Of a stretch of 64,000 bases of DNA, positions 62,115 to 64,000 are shown one piece after another. The stretch's first letter is position 1, and each line of letters begins with the position of its first letter. A program made the translations under genes and the position numbers. Origin of the DNA: Chara braunii (lineage: Eukaryota; Plantae; Charophyceae); NCBI GenBank assembly GCA_003427395.1, contig BFEA01000004.1, forward strand, positions 4,637,773 through 4,701,772. The letters run 5' to 3'. The notes beneath the pieces are model-generated. The model was not told the origin of the DNA and did no database searches. It worked only from the letters and a program-made list of their open reading frames with translations.

Positions 62115-62693
62115 GTCTCTGAGGATCCCAAACAGCTCGGCGGTCGCTGGCTAGGGCGAGCGGCCGTACTTTTTTGTGGTTTCCTGCTGATAACCTACTT
62201 GTCCCAATGTATGGCATTCGCTGACGATTTATTTTTAGAATTGAATTAATTTCGCCAGATTACGGAATACATACGTATATGACCTTTCCCCATCCTAAAA
62301 ACATTTGAATCAAGTTATCGCTATCAAAGATTTGAAAAACAATTGATTGTGCACAAGCTGCGCTTAGGTTTAGGAATGATTTTGTATACCATGTTTGTAT
62401 GGTGGCGTGATGTAAGTTCTCAGATTGTTCTTAGCCGAAACCAGGTAATGGCCCTGGTATCTCAAAGCATTTCTCGAATCAAAAAGAAAAAAAGAAAAAA
62501 AAAAAATGGTGGCGTGATCTAATACTTGAATCCACTAGATAGTAGATACACTGCTAGTAGTTTAGAGCTTGAAATGCCGTTTTTCCTGGCCGCGTGTGGG
62601 GTGGTACAGCCCTCAGTAGCTCGCTATTCGTTTTTCAGTTTTTTAACTTTTTTTTTTTTTTTTTTTCCTGCGATAGAAGAGTCTGGGCGCCAT

Positions 62694-62775
62694 CCAGCAT
62701 CCTAGCTCAATTGGTGAGGCACGCAAGTGGCATTCAGCAGGTTGTGGGTTCAGCTGGATCCTCCCAGTCGGTATC
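62694..62775 (+). other. tRNA-derived SINE-like head
   Basis: A-box TAGCTCAATTGG and B-box-like GGTTGTGGGTTC with tRNA spacing; not a functional cloverleaf. Confidence 0.4.
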
Positions 62776-64000
62776 AGTAAGGTCTTCAGCCAACACAGGT
62801 GTGAGTGCGCGTGTGAGAGGGCTGTGTGTGGTGTGTGGGAGAGTGTTGACTTTGGACACTACCATCCAGAAGGCTGCCCATCCCCCACTTCATAAGACCT
62901 TTGTCAAGCTTACTGTCTAGAACATAAAGCATGCTACCCAAATGGGTGCGTCCCCATGTTTGACGCGGTATAACAGTATCTACTTGCTAGATTAGGTGTT
63001 GCAATTCCCTGTGGTTGTTTGCTAGCTTTTGGTCTTTCTCTGACTTTTCACTGAGGCGAACTGTCACAGGGGAGGGGCTCCACCTCATGAAGTAGGTTGG
63101 CGACCTTACTTCCCCTGAATCTGGAACCTGTACCATTGTATTTTTGGCCTTGGGCACTCGGCCCTAATAAAACTTAGAGAAAACTACGGTGCAGTCAGGG
63201 TTTGAGTTTGTAATTGCACTTGAGGCAAAAGGCCCGGTAATGCTGAATGTATATGACCTACTTTTAGCGTCCGGTTGGGTCGCCTGGGGGTGTGTTGTAT
63301 TCGCGGGATTGCCTGAATTGCAATTACAAACTGTTTTCGTGACTGCGCCGAAGTTACCCCTAAAACTTATTAGAAAGACATTTCTTCGAAAAAAACTAAA
63401 ATAAAATTTGAATCCAGATGCAAACAGATGGACATAATAAAATAATTCTGAATTACATGGGCCAGTCAGCTCAATGATGATAGCTCAAGGCTGTCACCCT
63501 TTTTTTTTTTTTTTTTTTTTTGAAAAAAGCAAATGCATTCACTCCTCCTTGGTCGAGAGAGCATTACAGGATCAAATGGCCAACACCCAGTGTCGCCACC
63601 TACCGTCTTCACCCGAATAGAACGCCAAAAGGGACAGCAGCAGACTGGAACTGGGCAACACCTCACACTGGACCCCGCGGACCCAGAACCATCACAACAG
63701 CAAATAGATTGGGAGGGGATAAGATGACCAGCTGTAATAGTACAGGAGTTCGACAATGTCATGACGGGGGACCCACATGATAAACCCTTGACGTTAACAG
63801 GGCCTTAAAGTTTAGTCCCGCCACACCTTCTTGGGCCCCTGGCACACATTAAATCCGCCCCGGAGATGGGGGGCATGATACCCAGAATTGGACTACACGT
63901 GGGTCAACTTTCAAATGGAATTTACATGAGCTACACACCGTCCCCTTCACCCCAGTAGACTATCAGCCCCCAGTAAACTATCAGCCCCCCCGTGCCTGAC

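Overview
Repeat-dominated eukaryotic DNA in a draft assembly with N gaps. The tRNA primer site and the mitochondrial insert are plant-type, and the overall style suggests a charophyte alga such as Chara (inference). No intact host gene is evident. From left to right: (i) satellite and microsatellite DNA with two decayed hAT transposase genes (about 4.8-7.6 kb and 13.4-15.5 kb). (ii) A decayed Ty3/gypsy retrotransposon (gag zinc knuckle at 18.7 kb; protease-RT-RNaseH-PHD finger-integrase at 40.7-45.4 kb, then extra ORFs), interrupted twice by a second LTR family with about 7-kb LTRs and 4-bp target-site duplications. One insertion is a 21.7-kb two-LTR element (18960-40701, TSD CCGG, tRNA-Asp PBS, no recognisable pol) with another inverted family member nested in its 3' LTR. 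The other is an inverted solo LTR (46731-53397, TSD GCGG). (iii) A 5'-truncated LINE end, tRNA-like SINE heads and a scrambled mitochondrial insert (nad4/trnG/rps19). The two most unusual signals are an array, in each long LTR, of 7-10 hairpins with a near-invariant 20-nt apex (CATTGTTTCTAAGACGAATG), co-varying basal stems and unique spacers, and an in-frame PHD finger between RNase H and integrase in the host Pol.
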